Position numbers and translations under genes: made by a program
DNA from: an uncultured Syntrophobacterales bacterium
GTDB lineage: Bacteria; Desulfobacterota; Binatia; UBA9968; JAJDTQ01
DNA: 64,000 nt
NCBI GenBank assembly: GCA_964630405.1
Contig: CAZVUC010000094.1
Coordinates: 4,158-68,157, forward strand
Direction of reading: 5' to 3'
The notes under the pieces: generated by a model
Told to the model about the DNA's origin: nothing
Seen by the model: only the letters and a program-made list of their open reading frames with translations
Database searches by the model: none
In this document: piece by piece, positions 60,295 through 64,000 of the stretch
Layout of the letters: every line of letters begins with the position of its first letter
Numbering within the stretch: position 1 is the first letter of the stretch

Positions 60295-60971
60295 TCAGCC
60301 GTCGAGCACCCACTCCAGCAACAGGAAGCCGGCGGTGACGAAGATCAGGTCGAAGCCCACAAGCAGGCGGAACCAGGGCACCAGATCGGGGGCGGCGCCC
60401 GCCCCCAGGATGATCTGGAGGGTGCGGACGGTGCCCAGGATCACCGGGATCATCAAGGGAAAGAGAAGCACGGGAAGCAGCAGGGCGCGGGCCCGGGCCC
60501 GTAGCGTCACTGCGGCGAACAGAACGCCCACGACACAGAAGCCCAGGGTCCCGAGGAGCGTGTAGAGCAGCACGTTCGGCAGCAGGTGCCAGAAGTCCAG
60601 GCGGAACAGGATTCCGAACAGCGGCAGGATGAAGATCTCCAGCAGCGCCATCAGCGAGAAGTTGAAGAGGACCTTGGCGAGGTAGTAGGCGCCCCGGTCC
60701 ATGGGCGCCAGCAGCAGCGCGTCCAGGCAGTCGTTCTCGCGGTCGCCCTGGAAGAGCTGGCCGAGGGCCAGGGTGCCGCTGAACATGAACGCCAGCCACA
60801 GCAGCCCCGGCGCCATGCCGGCCACGTTGTCGGCGGTGATCTCGAAGGCGAACGAGAAGAGGAAGAGCAGGGAGAGGCCGAAGAAGAACATCGACAACAG
60901 GTTGTCGCGGCGGCGCACTTCCAGCAGGAGGTCCTTCCAGAGCAGCCAGTAGACCTGTCGCAAGGCGCCGG

Positions 60972-60975
<4 letters not shown>
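60295..60975 (-). CDS. ccmB: Heme exporter protein CcmB
   Basis: WKDLLLE, PGLLW, LDALLLAP, LLPVLLFPL. Confidence 0.93.
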
Positions 60976-61697
<722 letters not shown>

Positions 61698-61964
61698 GCT
61701 CCGAATCGGGAAAACCCGCCGCGGCCATCAATATAGCGGGTTCGGGGGGAAATCGCATGGGCGCTGCCGGCCCGGCACGCGCCGGCGGAGTCCGGGCTCT
61801 CCCTTGACTCGCCAACGGAGATTCGTTAATGACTACTCAGACCCCACTCATGGCCTGGGCCGGATGGGCGGACTCGCCGAGTCCGCCGCCGGATCCGGGA
61901 TCACCGAGACCGGCCGCGGTCCTCGGGCCATCTCAAAGATCAGAGGAAAGATCAGAGGAGAACC

Positions 61965-63227
61965 ATGGCAAGCTATCTACACGTCAATGTGCCGTCCGAG
62001 GGTGCGAAGGTTTCTCTTTCCGACGGCAAGCTTCAGGTACCGGACAATCCCATCATCCCCTTCATCGAAGGCGACGGCATCGGCGTCGACATCTGGGCCG
62101 CCGCGGTCCGGGTACTGGACGGCGCCGTGCAGAAGGCCTACGGCGGCAAGAAGAAGATCTCCTGGATGGAGGTCTACGCCGGCGAGAAGGCCGAGGCGGT
62201 GTACGGCGACGACTGTCCGCCCAGCCTGCTGCCGCAGGAGACCGTGGACGTCATCCGGGAGTACCTCGTGGCCATCAAGGGTCCCCTGACCACGCCGGTG
62301 GGCGAAGGCTTCCGCAGCCTCAACGTGACCCTGCGGCAGGTGCTGGACCTTTACGTCTGCCTCCGGCCCGTGCGCTACTTCAAGGGCGTGCCGTCGCCGG
62401 TGGTGCGGCCCCACCTGGTGGACATGGTGATCTTCCGCGAGAACACCGAGGACATTTACGCCGGCATCGAGTGGGAGACCGGAACCCCCGAGGCCGAGAA
62501 GGTGGTCAAGTTCCTGCGCGACGAGATGGGGGTCAAGAGCATCCGCTTCCCCGACACCGCCAGCATCGGCATCAAGCCCATCTCCATCGAAGGGTCGGAA
62601 CGGCTCATCCGCGCGGCCATCCGCTACGCCGTGGAGCACAACCGGCGCAACGTGACGCTGGTGCACAAGGGCAACATCCAGAAATACACCGAGGGCGCCT
62701 TCATGCGTTGGGGCTACGCGCTCGGCAAGCGGGAGTTCGGCGACAAGGTGGTGTCGTGGGAAGACTGTGGCGGCAGGCCGGAGGAGGGGCAGATCCTCAT
62801 CAAGGACGCCATCACCGACGCCTTCCTGCAGCAGATCCTCACCCGCCCCGACGAATTCGACGTGATTCCCACCATGAACCTCACCGGCGACCTGATCTCG
62901 GACGCGCTGGCTGCGCAGGTGGGCGGCATCGGCATCGCGCCGGGCGGCAACATCAACTACGACAGCGGCCACGCCCTGTTCGAGGCCACCCACGGGACCG
63001 CGCCGAAATACGCCGGCCAGGACAAGGTCAACCCCGGCTCGGTCATCCTTTCCGGAGAGATGATGCTGCGCCACCTCGGCTGGGACGAAGCCGCGGACCT
63101 GGTGATCCAGGGCCTCGAGGAAACCATCGCGCAGAAGACCGTAACCTACGATTTCGAGCGGCTCATGACCGGCGCCAAGCTGCTGAAGTGCTCGGAATTC
63201 GGCGACGCCATCGTGGCGAACATGTAA
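61965..63227 (+). CDS. icd: NADP-dependent isocitrate dehydrogenase
   Basis: [52 protein letters not shown]. Confidence 0.98.
   Translation: MASYLHVNVPSEGAKVSLSDGKLQVPDNPIIPFIEGDGIGVDIWAAAVRVLDGAVQKAYGGKKKISWMEVYAGEKAEAVYGDDCPPSLLPQETVDVIREYLVAIKGPLTTPVGEGFRSLNVTLRQVLDLYVCLRPVRYFKGVPSPVVRPHLVDMVIFRENTEDIYAGIEWETGTPEAEKVVKFLRDEMGVKSIRFPDTASIGIKPISIEGSERLIRAAIRYAVEHNRRNVTLVHKGNIQKYTEGAFMRWGYALGKREFGDKVVSWEDCGGRPEEGQILIKDAITDAFLQQILTRPDEFDVIPTMNLTGDLISDALAAQVGGIGIAPGGNINYDSGHALFEATHGTAPKYAGQDKVNPGSVILSGEMMLRHLGWDEAADLVIQGLEETIAQKTVTYDFERLMTGAKLLKCSEFGDAIVANM

Positions 63228-64000
<773 letters not shown>

Overview
High-GC bacterial chromosomal window with no rRNA, transposase, integrase or CRISPR array. 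The gene content suggests a Deltaproteobacteria-like or Candidatus Binatia-like organism, but that is inference. Housekeeping genes are maf, dus, ispG, prc, cysS, ubiE/menG, a polyprenyl synthase, tRNA-Leu(CAG), valS, birA, coaX, an EF-G2-type fusA paralogue, a complete System I ccm operon, icd and mdh. They are interleaved with catabolic clusters: (i) LLM monooxygenase, amidohydrolases, CoA-transferase and ABC components at 1-8 kb; (ii) a 13-kb co-oriented cluster with two UbiD enzymes, a three-subunit Mo-hydroxylase, two CrtI-like FAD oxidoreductases, two SDRs and a solute-binding protein; (iii) three tandem divergent ornithine-cyclodeaminase paralogues. The most unusual signal is at 35.4-37.3 kb. 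There a sigma54 -24/-12 promoter, a consensus IHF site and two palindromic enhancer-like boxes precede a structured ~60-nt leader and an APH/ThrB-II-fold protein whose catalytic aspartates are replaced by Asn (predicted pseudokinase), near a PPP phosphatase and a degenerate cold-shock-fold gene. Several REP/MITE-like palindromes, a perfect 30-bp hairpin, a structured icd leader and a mini RomR/PopZ-like gene before valS are also noted. All calls are from motif recognition by eye; no searches were run.
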